From the NCBI RefSeq assembly GCF_006345805.1, contig NC_043012.1, forward strand, positions 54,064,001-54,128,000: 64,000 bases of DNA, in the 5' to 3' direction. Origin of the DNA: Octopus sinensis (Eukaryota). Below the pieces are notes generated by a model, which worked only from the letters and a program-made list of their open reading frames with translations, was not told where the DNA came from and made no database searches. The position numbers and the translations under genes were made by a program. Position 1 is the stretch's first letter. Each line of letters opens with the position of its first letter. Of this stretch, positions 12,331-22,879 are shown piece by piece.

Positions 12331-12489
12331 AAAAAAAAAAAGGAAACATGGCAATGAAAAAAGACAAAGTTTTGGAGTGGGAGATTGTACCGCCCAAAAA
12401 GTGGTTGAAAGACTGTGAAGATAAGACGGTGGTGTTGAGAACCTACTCCAAGTCACTCGACACTATCGCCCTATTCGAAAGGACGGCAA

Positions 12490-12910
12490 TTGAAAGAGAG
12501 TTGGCAGAGTATTTGCCAACAATTAAATTCATTTCTACTGTGAGGTTTTGAAGCGTAAAAGACGACATTTGGCAAAAGTAACCGTATCTGTGGAGTGCAA
12601 AGAACTGGATTTTTCAAAAAGACAATGCACCCTGTCACAGAGCTCTCGTCACTGTCAGTTTCTCGCCAAAAACTACATGGAATCGCTTCTGCACCTGTCC
12701 TATACGCCAGATTTAGCAGCTGCAAACTTCCCGGGATGGAAATGCAGCTCAAAGATCACCGTTTTAACACCGATGTCGAGCTCCAGAGCTTACGGAAGAC
12801 AGCTTCCAAGCCGGACGGGTGAATTGCTACGCAAGGTGACTATTTCGAGGATATTAAAACGTAGATAAATAAGCTATTTTTTTTATTAAACATAACTAGT
12901 CCTAGAACCT
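12490..12910 (+). pseudogene. mariner transposase C-terminal remnant
   Basis: FYCEVLKR..WIFQKDNAPCH..SYTPDLAAANF..QGDYFE read across frameshifts. Confidence 0.75.
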
Positions 12911-12948
12911 TTTGATACCACTTCTTGTGTGTGCGTGTGTGTGTGTGT

Positions 12949-12985
<37 letters not shown>

Positions 12986-13238
12986 TACAGCTCATGATCA
13001 GAGACAACACTCCAGCTTGGCCATACCTTAACACCCAAACTTTGACAACACAGTTCTTTTTTTCCTTTTCTGACACCTTACAGGCTATAAACCATACTAC
13101 CTGCCCAGCCGCACCAGAGCTGCATAATCAATCTCCCGCTTATTTATCTAGTTATGCGCTGACCTATTATCTTTTATCATTCTTTCAACGTTTAGCCTTT
13201 ACCATTCACTTCTGCCCAGCCAACTACGTACCTATTTT

Positions 13239-13650
13239 GGATCTTTTCGGTTTGAACGACAGTTTTTAACATAATTTCTAGGTAACTAAAAAATGTTTAA
13301 CTTCGTATACTGGTATAATGTGTTTATAAAACATCTTTTTCTCTTGGCTTTATTGAGAAAATTCTATAGTTTGTAAGATATTTGTTGATTTTTTCTTCAA
13401 TTTCTGCAATTTCAACCAATCAATGACGTCCATTGAGGTAAAAAAAAGAAACTTTCTGTGCCGTATGAATATTCCCTCGTTTAAGAAACAGATTAGGTTT
13501 ATTTATATTTGGGAAGAAAAAAACATACCTTCCCCCACCCTAACCCTAAAACAGATTGAAATGCAATAGATCGATACTAGGGTTATAATTATGGGTGACA
13601 ATTTCATATGACACCACTAGAAAAAACTGCCGTTCAAACCGAAAAGATCC
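13239..13650. mobile_element. MITE with ~29-bp TIRs and 8-bp TSD (Merlin/IS1016-like or MULE-like)
   Basis: GGATCTTTTCGGTTTGAACG(A/G)CAGTTTTT at both ends; perfect TSD CCTATTTT at 13231-13238 and 13651-13658. Confidence 0.9.
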
Positions 13651-14141
13651 CCTATTTTTTCTTAATACCCTTTCACTCCACCACAACACAACAGCCTTGT
13701 GTTTATCTTTCATTCTTACAATACCAAAACGTAACACCCAGCTTATCTCCGACAACATTTCATTCGTGCTATTCCTTTCTTCACTTGAATCATTTTATAT
13801 TTAGGTTATTATTTCTATTTTCATGTTATGGTTTGCATTATTTTTTCATGTGTGCTTTTTTTTATTTGCATTACTTTTACTAATTTCTAATTGTATTTTT
13901 AATTCTTACTTATATATTCATTTCTGCCATAATATATTTGTGGTGCTGTTATCACTGTCTTCATTGCATGTTGTTTCGCCCATCTCCTTCACACATTTAC
14001 CAGTCACCTCTGAAGAGACGAAGAGTTGTAGTATCTGGTCATATTGTAAGAAGACAATAAACACTAGGTTTCCTCACCCGAGTGTTACACTGAGTTCTTT
14101 CTTTCAGTGAACCACTTCGATAACCTGATCGAAATGTGTTA

Positions 14142-14521
14142 TCTCTCTCTATATAAACCTGAAGTTGTCTGTGTGTGACAGGTTTGGTAGCCTTCAACTA
14201 ACACTATCTCCTTCGAGACCCTGCAGCGCAAGTTGACCAAAATTGAGAGTATGATTGAAGGCTTGCTCTTCATTCTGTAGAAGCTAAAATTCAAATCGGA
14301 CCATGTTAAGACCAAAATTTACTTACATCAAAAAGGTGCTTTTTTTCTATAAAAATCCCTATTTTTTACGATTTTTGACTGCTGTGTCACCATTTTTCGG
14401 TGTATTTCAACTGTTCACTTGAAGAGAATAACAAGTTGCATAATGCAAAATTTTTACTTTTCGAAAATTCCAATTCTAAAGGGTCGAAACAAACCCAAGC
14501 AACACCGGGTGATACTGCTAG
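14142..14521 (+). mobile_element. Non-autonomous Helitron (HINE-like)
   Basis: 5' A|TC...TATATAAAC..GTCTGTGTGTG; 3' hairpin ACCCAAGCAACACCGGGT followed by CTAG|T. Confidence 0.75.
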
Positions 14522-14535
14522 TATATATATATATA

Positions 14536-15717
14536 AAGACCTGAAAGAAGTAAATAGCCATCCCATAAAATATCATTTTATGTTTATTTTAACTAGAAAA
14601 GATTTATATATTGTTATTAATGTTTCAGGTTCTATATGTGACTGTTTAATCATGACACGTACAAAAGAAGCCTTGGAACTGACCAAATTTCAAAGAGGCT
14701 GTATTGTGGGTCAATCTGAAGGTAGGCTTAAAATCGCAGTAAACCATGGGATCCTGCATTCTACAGTTAATAGGGTGATTGCGCAATCCACCAAAGAGAG
14801 GAAGGAGTTCACATCACCTTGCCCAGGCAGAACAGGGCCCTCTGACAGGACCCTTTGCTTTGTTAAGTGAAGTGTAGAAGATAATCTTTGTTGCAAAGCC
14901 TCTGACATAGCAGAACAAGTTGATGTCAGTCTCAGAACAGCTGTCAGGTATCTCAACAAACTTGGTGATGATGGCAGAGCAGCAAGAAGGAAGCCACTTC
15001 TCCGACCAGCCAATATCAAGTGGAAAAAAGACTGGGCCAGTGAGATGATGGAGTAGCCACTAGCATTTTTTAGGGACACTCTCTCTGATGAGTCCAGATT
15101 TGTTGTATTTTCTGACAGTGGTCGAGTGTGGGTCTGGAGACATTGTAATCGAGACATGAAAAACTTGCTGCCAACAATGAAACAATTCACCTATTCTGTG
15201 ATGGTCTGGGGAGCAATTTGAAGCAATGGTCAATCAGAGCTGGTGATGTGTGGGGAAAACACACACGCAGTTAAATATGTGTCGATATTCCAGAAAATGA
15301 TTAAAGAAGACTCTTTATTTATGGAAGATGGAGCTCCTTGCCATACGACTAAAAAGACCCAAGATTGGTCGGAAAAGAGTGGCATTAAAAAGAATGCCCA
15401 AGCCAGTCACCAGACATTAACCTTATCGAACACCTCTGGATTATAATGGACAGGACACTTCATAAAAAGAATAATAACGCATCTTCGAAGCCAGGTCTTT
15501 TGAGATTACTGCATGAAACTTGGCAAGAAATTTCCTAAGAGAATATTCGTCATCTGATCAGTAGCATGCCTTATAGGATTTTCGTATTGAAAAATACAAA
15601 GGCCATGTCTACTAAATATTAGATATTCACATTATAATAATTAACAAGTAATTTGAAAGTATAATTTAAATAAATTTTAATGATTATAAGGGTGTCTATT
15701 TACTTCAATCATGTCTG
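14536..15717 (+). mobile_element. Tc1-like DNA transposon, decayed
   Basis: Imperfect TIRs (AAGACCTGAAAGAAGTAAATAG / CTATTTACTTCAATCATGTCTG) around a broken transposase. Confidence 0.85.
14652..15610 (+). pseudogene. Tc1 (DD34E) transposase pseudogene
   Basis: [20 protein letters not shown] (HTH), ARRKPLL, SDESRF, VMVWGAI, MEDGAPCH and SPDINLIEHLW, with stops and frameshifts. Confidence 0.88.
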
Positions 15718-15811
15718 TGCGTATGCGTGTGTGTGTGTGTACATAAACACAAGCCCACACACACGCACAAGCACACACACACACACACCACACACACACA
15801 TACACACATAT

Positions 15812-15844
<33 letters not shown>

Positions 15845-15908
15845 TATATATGAATGCATGCAAATATACGAGCGGAAGCGTGTGCGTGTGTGTATGCGTG
15901 TATGTATG

Positions 15909-15972
<64 letters not shown>

Positions 15973-16442
15973 TGTATGTATGTATAAGAAGGTTCCTATC
16001 CGTCCGAGTATGTAACTCTGCATGTAGATCTTCTGTTGCCTCAGGCGGATTTCTTATCTTTGGCTACTTCAGATTTCTTAACTGTTTTAGAATCACAGAA
16101 ATCTTCCAAACTGCTCGAAGTCCTGGAAGTTTTCGTTAAAGCTTATCGTTTGAAATCTTTGGAATCTCTGAGATGTGGAATATTTTGACGTAACTAAAAC
16201 AAAAACTTGCAATTAACGAGCGGTAAGCATTTCACTATTGTTAATTGCTTTCATAATTCCTGGTCTTTAGATCAAATCTGGTCTTGATCGATCATTTCGA
16301 CGATGAAGTTTCTGGTCTCTGCAGTGTCACTTGATTTACCTGAAATAGCAGCGACAAACAAAACATAAAGCATATTGTATAGTATGGTCCTAGATATATT
16401 ATGAACCGGTAAAAGGCAGTTACAAAATTGCCTATGTACCCA

Positions 16443-16589
16443 GGTGCAGGAGTGGCTGTGTGGTAAGTAACTTGCTTAACAACCACACTACATGGTACCT
16501 TAGACAAGTGTCTTCTACTATGGCCTCGGGACGACCAAAGCCTTCAGAATGGATAAGGCAGACGGAAACTGAAAGAAGTCCATCGTATG

Positions 16590-16683
<94 letters not shown>

Positions 16684-16856
16684 AAGTATGTTTGTATGTC
16701 TGTGTTTATTCCCCTCACCAGCATCGCTTGACAACCGATGCTGGTGTGTTTACAACCCTGCAACTTAGCGGTTCGGCAAAAAGAGGCCGATAGAATAAGT
16801 ACTAGGCTTACAAAGAATAAGTCCTGGGGTCGATGACTGAAATAAATAAAAGAGTT
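16443..16856 (+). mobile_element. SINE family A with internal (TA)n
   Basis: GGTGCAGGAGTGGCTGTGTGGTAAG head, core, TA run and tail. Confidence 0.9.
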
Positions 16857-17003
16857 ACCCGTCGTATATATATGCTTGTGTGCCTTTGTGTCTGTGTTTA
16901 TCCTCCACCCCACCCACCCATAACATATCGGTTCAGCAAAAGAGACAGATAAAGTAAGTTCCACGCTTAAAGAATGTACTAGGGTCGATTTGTTCGATTA
17001 AAC

Positions 17004-17268
17004 CAGTGGTTCTTAACCAGGGTCCCTTAGGGGTCCGCATAAGATTTTGTTGATAAAATTTGTCTGCAATAAATCAGTTCCACCTCTACAATAGACAAAA
17101 TATTTAAAAACTTTTTATATAATTCCTAATAATATTTAATCACAAAAAAAAAATATAATAGAATGTTTTTTTAAACATTGAATGAGTATGAAGGGTCCGT
17201 AGAGCAAAATATGAATCAAAGTGTCCATAGGTAAAAAAAAAAAAAAGCAAAGTGGTTGAGGAACACTG
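17004..17268. mobile_element. hAT (Charlie-like) MITE inserted in a SINE A 3' half
   Basis: TIR CAGTGGTTCTTAACC / GGTTGAGGAACACTG; decayed 8-bp TSD GATTAAAC / GACCAGAC; SINE sequence resumes on both sides. Confidence 0.75.
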
Positions 17269-17615
17269 GACCAGACCCTTCAAAGAGGTGCCCAACATGA
17301 TTACAGTTCAATGACTGAAGCAAGTAAACACAAGATACAGAAGTTGGACAAAATAATGGAAACACCTTAAAATTTCAAAAAAAAAAGAAAAGAGAAAAAA
17401 ATAAGGGAAAAAAGGAAACTGCACCTATAATACGTACCCTAGAAGCAGCGCTACGGATGTACCAGCACACACGAGATTGAAACATATCCGACCTAACACA
17501 CTTCTCATAAGGAATTCCGGAAGGAGCATCTTGAGACCACTGCTGAGATGCTTCCAAAAAATAAAAAAAGAAAGGCCATTAGAAAAACTGAATATAGCAG
17601 GGACTCCATCTATGA

Positions 17616-17652
17616 ATATCTGAAGAAGGAATATTCTTCCGAAATATCATAT
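17616..17652 (+). ncRNA. Minimal type-I hammerhead ribozyme motif
   Basis: ATAT-CTGAAGA-A-GGAA(TATTC)TTCC-GAAAT-ATC-ATAT: stem I ATAT/ATAT, 4-bp stem II, AUC triplet. Confidence 0.6.
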
Positions 17653-17831
17653 CAGACTATGGATGACTAAATTACAACAGGCATATAGCCCATTGTCTGT
17701 ATTGTCTGTATATACAACAGGTATATAGTCCATTGTCTGTGCATTGTTGTACCATTCAAAGCTTTTTATTCTTTACAAACAATACACAATGTTTCAAGCG
17801 AAATACAATACTCTCCTCAAATAAATATATT

Positions 17832-18811
17832 TTAAAATTGGGTAGGACAGCCTTTGGCAGTAATTACAGCTTGAATTCTACGAGGTATGGACTCGTGCAA
17901 AATTTGAATTGTTTCCAAAGGAATTTTTGTCCATTCTTCGGCTAAAACAGTCTCCAGTTCTTGCAGTGATGATGGTGGAGGATATCGATTCCTTACTTGT
18001 TTTTTTCTAAAATGCGCCATGATACTGAGATCCGGGGAGCGTGGTGGCCAGATAAGATGTTCCACTTCACTAGAATGTTCCTCGTGCTATTTAGTAACAA
18101 CTTTGAATTGGTGCATTATCATCATGAAAGATTGCGTTTCCCTCCGGAAACAGTTCCGCAACCATAGGATGAATTTCATCAGATAAAATGCTTAAATAGT
18201 CTTGACTATTAATTTTGCCATGAAGGGAAACTACTGGACCAGCGGATTTCCATGATTTAACACCCCAGATCATTACAGATTCTCCTCCATGTTTAACAGT
18301 TAGAAGAAAGCAGTCTGGTTCAAATGCTTCTTTTGGCTTGGAAATAAGATAAAGGATGACTCTTCCGACAAAATAACATTCTTCCACTTGTCTAGGGACC
18401 AATTGTTTTCACTCCACTCTGAACGTTTTGCAACATTTGTTTTTGAAAAGTTGTGGCTTTCTGATTGCAGCACTCCTGTGAAATCCAGCTTTGTACAGGA
18501 GCCGGTGAACAGTTTTTGTGGATACTAGGTTCTCAAGGTGGTCATTAAGCTCTGCAGTAATTTTGGAAGCTGTACTTTTTCTGATCCTTTCTATCAATTC
18601 GCGTATGAGTCCGACGGACCCTATCTGAAAATTTTGATTTTCTTCCGGAGTTTTGTTTCGACGAGGTTTTTCCCTCTTTCTCAAAAGCTGTCATTACTTT
18701 CGAAACAGTACTTCTTGATACACCAAACATTTCGGCTATTTTCTTTACGCTACCGCCTGCCATACGAGCGCCAACAATTTGACCTCTTTGAAAGTCCGAT
18801 TGATCTGTCAT
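17832..18811 (-). pseudogene. Tc1 (DD34E) transposase pseudogene
   Basis: MTDQSDFQRGQIVGARMAG, AIRKP, VKHGGESVMIWG, FHDDNAP, WPPRSPDL and SIPRRIQAVI motifs. Confidence 0.92.
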
Positions 18812-19036
18812 TTTAATGAATTTTCTGGTGATATCTGAAAAGAAACAGCAATTTTAGCAAAACATTAAGCAACACTACTAATTGATCAAAAAACATAAAA
18901 ATAAACAAGCTTTTGACGGTTTTATAGATATTTCAAACTTATGAGGCTATGATGATAGGTGATTCCATTATTTTGTCCAACCCATGTATGTGTGTGTGTG
19001 TGTGTGTGTGTATACCACAGATTACGCTCCAAATTA

Positions 19037-19271
19037 CTCTTTTACTCTTTTACTCTTTTACTTGTTTCAGTCATTTGACTGCGGCCATGCTGGAGCACCG
19101 CCTTTAGTCGAGCAAATCGACCCGGAACTTATTCTTTGTAAGCCCAGTACTTATTCTATCGGTCTCTTTTGCCGAACCGCTAAGTGACGGGGACATAAAC
19201 ACACCAGCATCGGTTGTCAAGCAATGCTAGGGGGACAAACACACACACACATACACACACACACACACACG

Positions 19272-19300
<29 letters not shown>
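19037..19300 (-). mobile_element. SINE family A 3' half
   Basis: Near-consensus tail with (TTTTACTC)n end. Confidence 0.9.
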
Positions 19301-19319
<19 letters not shown>

Positions 19320-19419
19320 TACGACAGTATATATATATGTGTGTGTGTGTGACCTCGCGTGTACCGTTGTCGATTTTTTTTCCTCTGTCTTCCCTTCTCG
19401 TGATCTTTCCTTCTCCTAT

Positions 19420-19454
19420 GTTTCCGACGAAGAGTTCCGCTCGAAACATTAAAC
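19420..19454 (+). ncRNA. Minimal hammerhead motif, variant core CCGACGA
   Basis: GTTT-CCGACGA-A-GAG(TTCCG)CTC-GAAAC-ATT-AAAC. Confidence 0.55.
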
Positions 19455-19692
19455 CCTCCTTCTTCCCTTCTTTCCTGAGCGTCCAATAATACTATATTTG
19501 TTCCACGTCCTCGCGTTGTTGTGTTTTTTTGTGTTTTCTTGTTTGGATTAACTATATCTCCCCTTATTTCGCTCTCGCGTCTCATGTTTGATCTTTGACC
19601 TCTGGCCGAAATCAGATCGCCATGTTGATTCGTTAGCTACTGCACGCATTTTTTTTCTCTCCTTCTTTCTGTGTTTTTCTCTCTCTGTGTAT

Positions 19693-19728
19693 CTTTCTGT
19701 TGAAGAGCGTAGGCTCGAAACGTTAAAG
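19693..19728 (+). ncRNA. Minimal hammerhead motif, variant core CTGTTGA
   Basis: CTTT-CTGTTGA-A-GAGC(GTAG)GCTC-GAAAC-GTT-AAAG. Confidence 0.6.
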
Positions 19729-19840
19729 ACTTGTTTTATTTATATTTCCTGAGCGCCATACTAATACAATTGTTCGTTTGTTTTCCACCTGCCTTCGTCT
19801 TTTGTTTATTTTCATAAAGCTTCCCGTTATATATAAATGT

Positions 19841-19954
<114 letters not shown>

Positions 19955-20121
19955 CGCTTCGGCATTGCGAGATTAATAACCTCAATATACATATATTTCA
20001 GAACGAAGTGTTTGACGAGTATAGAACGATTATAAAAAAATGAGATGTCAAAAGAATAAAGTTTAAAAGACAATCGTTTATTCTTTTATCATCACATTTT
20101 CATGCATACACACACACACAC

Positions 20122-20522
20122 GTAGCTGTGTGGTAAGTAGCTTGCTTACGAACCACATGGTTCCGGGTCCAGTCCCACTGCGTGGCACCTTAGGCAAAGT
20201 GTCTTCTACTATAGCTTCGGGCCGACCAAAGCCTTGTGAGAGGTTTTGGTAGATAGAAACTGAAAGAAGCCTGTCGTGTATATATATATATATATATATA
20301 TATATTATGTGTTTGTGTTTGTGTCTATGTTTGCCCCCCCCCCCCACGTCGTCGCTTGACAACCGATGCTGGTGTGTTTATCGGTCTCTCTTGCGCTTCG
20401 GCGAGAGAGACCAATAGAATAAGTACTAGGCTTGCAAAGAATAAGTCCTGGGGTCGATTTGCTCGACTAAAGGCGGTGCTCCAGCATGGCCGCAGTCAAA
20501 TGACTGAAACAAATAAAAGACA
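20122..20522 (+). mobile_element. SINE family A
   Basis: Head, core, TA run and tail present. Confidence 0.9.
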
Positions 20523-21078
20523 GAATATGAAGATTTATAGACTGTGTGTGTGTATGTGTGTTTGTGTGTGTGTGTGTGTACATTGTAGCTAGAAAGCGGT
20601 TCGTTCTACTCGACTAAGGTTGACCTTGGGCTAAACAACAAAAACAATAGCGTAATTCTAATAGACTGGGATGTAATCAACCTTCTACATTCTTCATGTC
20701 CTTACCATTTTATTTGCTTTTGCTATTGTAATGGAGAGGCAATTGTCAGCCCTTCCCTTCTTTCTTATCAGGGTAACACTTCTTAATGGTTGGTTACTCA
20801 GCGGCGCCATTGGCTTCTGTTTAGTTTACTGTATTACGTTACTATATACTAGCATGTGGTGTATGTGCATATTTGTGAGTGTGTGTATATGTGTTTATAT
20901 GTATGGTGAGTCAGGACCAGATGACGTATTGCGAGTGATCCATTCGAGGGTGCGTGAGTTTTTGTATGTATTGTGATTCAGTTGATTGTATGAGCGTTTG
21001 TGTGTGTGTGCATGAGTGCGTACATATGTGTGGGAGGTAATGCATGTGAATGTGTGCACATATACATACGTTTCAATT

Positions 21079-21495
21079 TCTTATTTCTTTACTGCCCACA
21101 AGGGGATACACACAGAAAGGACAAACAAGGACAGACAAACGGATTAAATCGATTATATCGACCCCGGTGCGTAACTGGTACTTAATTTATCGACTCCGAA
21201 AGGGCAAAAGGCAAAGTTGACCGCGGCAGAATCTGAACTCAGAACATAAAGACAGACGAAATACCTATTTCTTTACTGCCCACAAGGGGTTACACACAGA
21301 GGGGACAAACAAGGACAGACAAACGGATTAAGTCGATTATATCGACCCCAGTGCATAACTGGTACTTATTTAATCGACCCCGAAAGGATGAAAGGCAAAG
21401 TCGGCCTCGGTGGAATTTGAACTCAGAACATAGCGGCAAACGAAACACCGCTAGGCATTTCGCCCAGCGTGCTAACGTTTCTGCCAGCACGCCGC
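21079..21495 (-). mobile_element. SINE family B, dimer of the ~185-bp 3' unit (B1 tail)
   Basis: Unit starts at 21079 and 21265; head at about 21440-21495. Confidence 0.9.
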
Positions 21496-21745
21496 TCTCA
21501 ATAATGAATTCAAAGATAATAATGATAATGAGGATATTTTAAATTAATAATACACATACTGTTACGTGCCTTCTGCGTAATGAAATACAGCTTCTGTATG
21601 TTGTTTTTAGGTGGGTCTTTCATATTTGAGTTTGTAATTATACAAGAAAGCATTATGCACATATAGTCAGTGATTGTGTTATTGTATATTGTTTGTATCA
21701 TTCGTACATGGATAATAGATCATATGTCTTCAGTGTGTACAAAAT

Positions 21746-22125
21746 ATGCGTGGCTGTGTGGTTAGAAGTTTGTTTTCCAGGCTCATGGTTCCGAGAGCAG
21801 TGCCTCTAAGTAGCAACTCAGACAAGTGTCTTCTACAAAAGCCTTGAGCTGATTAAACCCTTGTGAGTGGATTTTGTCGACGGAAACTGAAAGAAGCTCG
21901 ACGTATATGAATATATCTATACGTGTGTGTTTGTGCTTGTCCACACCACCGTTTGACAACTGGTGTTGATGTATTTACGTCCCCGCAAGGTAGCCGTTCG
22001 TCAAAGAGACCAAACAGATAAGTACTAGGCTTAAAAGAAAAATAAGGTCGATTTGTTCGACTAAACCCTTTAAGGGGGTACCCCAGCCACAGTCCTGTGA
22101 CTGAAACAAGTAGAAAGAATAAAAA
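21746..22125 (+). mobile_element. SINE family A, degenerate
   Basis: Head GTGGCTGTGTGGTTAG, core and tail. Confidence 0.8.
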
Positions 22126-22619
22126 ATAGAAAGAATATTAGTTTTTAAAAATGTTAAATGCAGATTAGCGAAAACAAGTGGGGCTTCGGGCAGCATTACC
22201 CTATTCAGTAGCGAGTTTAATTCTTTGACGGAGCCTTGGGACTTCTTCCAATTTCCCAGTTGCCTCACTAAGTCTGCCAAAAGCGATATTCTGTTAAAGA
22301 GCCACAAATACCAGTGGTTTCTAAAGCCATTGTCTGAAAACATAAAATGTATAGACGTTTTCTATGCATTACAAAACATTTGATAATGTTTTCTAATGTA
22401 TTATCTAATTACACATTAGAAAACATTGAATTTATAATTTATAATTGGTAGATAGCATTGAATATGTAAAGATTTTTATTTGTTCTGCAGATAAAGTAGG
22501 AAAACCCGCATGGACAGCATAATTAAAAATAATTACTTGCAGCAAGAGAATTCACAATAGTGGCATCCCAGAGTAGTTAGTGTTGCCATCCTTGATTGTA
22601 TATAATATTACCGCAATAG

Positions 22620-22830
22620 TAAGAGCAGTGGATTGGCAAGAGTTGATACAGTGTCAGACCAAATATCTTGATGCATTTCATTGTTTGTTTGCGGTCAGTG
22701 TTCAAATCACGCCGAGATCAATTTCGCTGTTTATCTTTCAACGTATGACGGCATGTGTAATAGTTAATCACTTGCCCGATACCATCGACAGTTCGCACCC
22801 TCTAGAATGCATGGCTTTCTGCTAAGTTCC
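22620..22830 (+). mobile_element. Old, decayed SINE family B copy
   Basis: GTGTTCAAATCACGCCGAGATCAATTTCGCTGTTTATCTTTC aligns to the B-box/core of family B. Confidence 0.55.
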
Positions 22831-22879
22831 TGAAATATATATTGATTTCAAATTTTGGCTCAAAGCCAGCAATTTCAAG

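Larger units (their letters stand above)
17338..18986 (-). mobile_element. Tc1-like DNA transposon with a ~370-bp insertion near one TIR
   Basis: TIRs CAGAAGTTGGACAAAATAATGGAAACACC and its near-inverse, each flanked by TA. Confidence 0.88.
19330..19830 (+). mobile_element. Penelope-like/retrozyme-like tandem terminal repeats with two hammerhead motifs
   Basis: Two diverged copies of hammerhead + TTCCTGAGCG..ATAC..TTCCAC..CCT segment, 273 nt apart. Confidence 0.7.

Noticed and set aside
13530-13552. Interstitial telomere
   Set aside because: Only about two TAACCC units, lying inside a MITE.
14010-14016. CTGAAGA box near 14010
   Set aside because: No stem II-GAAA follows.
22580-22825. 81-aa ORF as a host exon
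   Set aside because: It overlaps a decayed SINE B copy.
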